Shown: positions 63,479-64,000 of the stretch, one piece after another
How positions within the stretch are numbered: position 1 is the first letter of the stretch
Layout of the letters: each line of letters opens with the position of its first letter
From: Candidatus Woesearchaeota archaeon
GTDB lineage: Archaea > Nanobdellota > Nanobdellia > SCGC-AAA011-G17 > GW2011-AR18
Assembly (NCBI GenBank): GCA_018302545.1
Contig: JAGVZM010000003.1
Location: forward strand, 111,680-175,679
Length of the DNA: 64,000 bases
Reading direction: 5' to 3'
Translations under genes and position numbers: made by a program
The notes under the pieces: generated by a model
What the model saw: the letters and a program-made list of their open reading frames with translations, nothing else
Databases searched by the model: none
What the model was told of the DNA's origin: nothing

Positions 63479-64000
63479 ATGTTAGATTTTAAGAAAATAG
63501 AACAAAAATGGCAGAAAGCTTGGAAAGAAAATAAGGCCTTTGAGCCTGAAATAGATTCTAAGAAAAAGAAATTTTTCCTTAATTTTCCTTATCCTTATGT
63601 TAATGGATATTTACATGTTGGTCATTCCTATACAATTCTAAGAGTAGAAGCCTTTGCTAGATATAAAAGAATGAAAGGTTTTAATGTTCTATTTCCCCAA
63701 GGATGGCATGCAACTGGTTCTCCCATAGTAAATGCAGCTAAAAGAATAGCAGAAAATGAGCCAAAACAAATAAAGATTATGAAAGATTCAGATTTATCAG
63801 ATTCAGAGATTAAAAAATTCGCAGATCCAAAATATTGGGTAAAATATTTTGCTCCAGAAAATAAAAAGGATTTAACAAATCTAGGGTTATCTATTGATTG
63901 GAGAAGAGAGTTTTTTACAACTGATATGAACCCTCATTATGACAAATTTGTAAGATGGCAATTTAACAAATTAAAAGAAAAAAATTATATTATAAAATCA
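63479..64000 (+). CDS. leuS: Leucine--tRNA ligase, N-terminal part (runs off the right edge)
   Basis: MLDFKKIEQKWQKAWKENKAF ... FPYPYVNGYLHVGHSYT (HIGH motif) ... FPQGWHATGSPI. Confidence 0.85.
   Translation, partial: MLDFKKIEQKWQKAWKENKAFEPEIDSKKKKFFLNFPYPYVNGYLHVGHSYTILRVEAFARYKRMKGFNVLFPQGWHATGSPIVNAAKRIAENEPKQIKIMKDSDLSDSEIKKFADPKYWVKYFAPENKKDLTNLGLSIDWRREFFTTDMNPHYDKFVRWQFNKLKEKNYIIKS

Noticed and set aside
1-64000. I looked for CRISPR arrays, rRNA genes, IS elements, transposases, integrases and prophage genes.
   Set aside because: I saw no regularly spaced direct repeats, no rRNA-like conserved blocks, and no DDE, tyrosine or serine recombinase motifs in any ORF. The only exact repeats are the pilin-gene 5' ends and the 30-mer reported above.

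Overview
AT-rich archaeal chromosome segment with compact genes on both strands. I saw no rRNA, CRISPR array, transposase or integrase. Archaeal informational genes are present: RNase HII, PheRS alpha and beta, GluRS, the LeuRS 5' end, ribosomal L1-P0-P1, ScpA, and TrmB and Lrp regulators. Together with the many small membrane or secreted cysteine-rich proteins and the reduced metabolism, this suggests a DPANN-type archaeon (Pace-/Woesearchaeota-like), which is an inference. The largest feature is a ~9.6 kb, 12-gene minus-strand type IV pilus-like operon (24569-34214). It has eight proteins with class III (prepilin-like) signal peptides, a secretion ATPase with an N-terminal membrane hairpin, and a platform protein split into two genes. 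It has no cognate A24 prepilin peptidase, but a presenilin-type GxGD protease sits right beside it. All three tRNA genes in the window are interrupted. From cloverleaf restoration I infer Asn(GUU) with three introns, Arg(UCU) with two, and Ser(CGA) with one inside the anticodon stem. Other notable items: a mini archaeosortase-like gene near C-terminally anchored surface proteins; several secreted Cys-rich, endostatin/DUF1554-like and M64-like metalloprotease proteins; a C2H2 zinc finger-TM-DsbA fusion; a DAC (c-di-AMP synthase) domain with a C-terminal membrane anchor; a P0 stalk protein lacking the conserved C-terminal peptide; two decayed genes (CsaA-like and nucleotidyltransferase-like); a PIN/AbrB toxin-antitoxin pair; and, at the left edge, a gene resembling thymidine-hypermodification helical-domain proteins next to DUF4186. 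All family assignments come from reading motifs in the translations. No database search was run.
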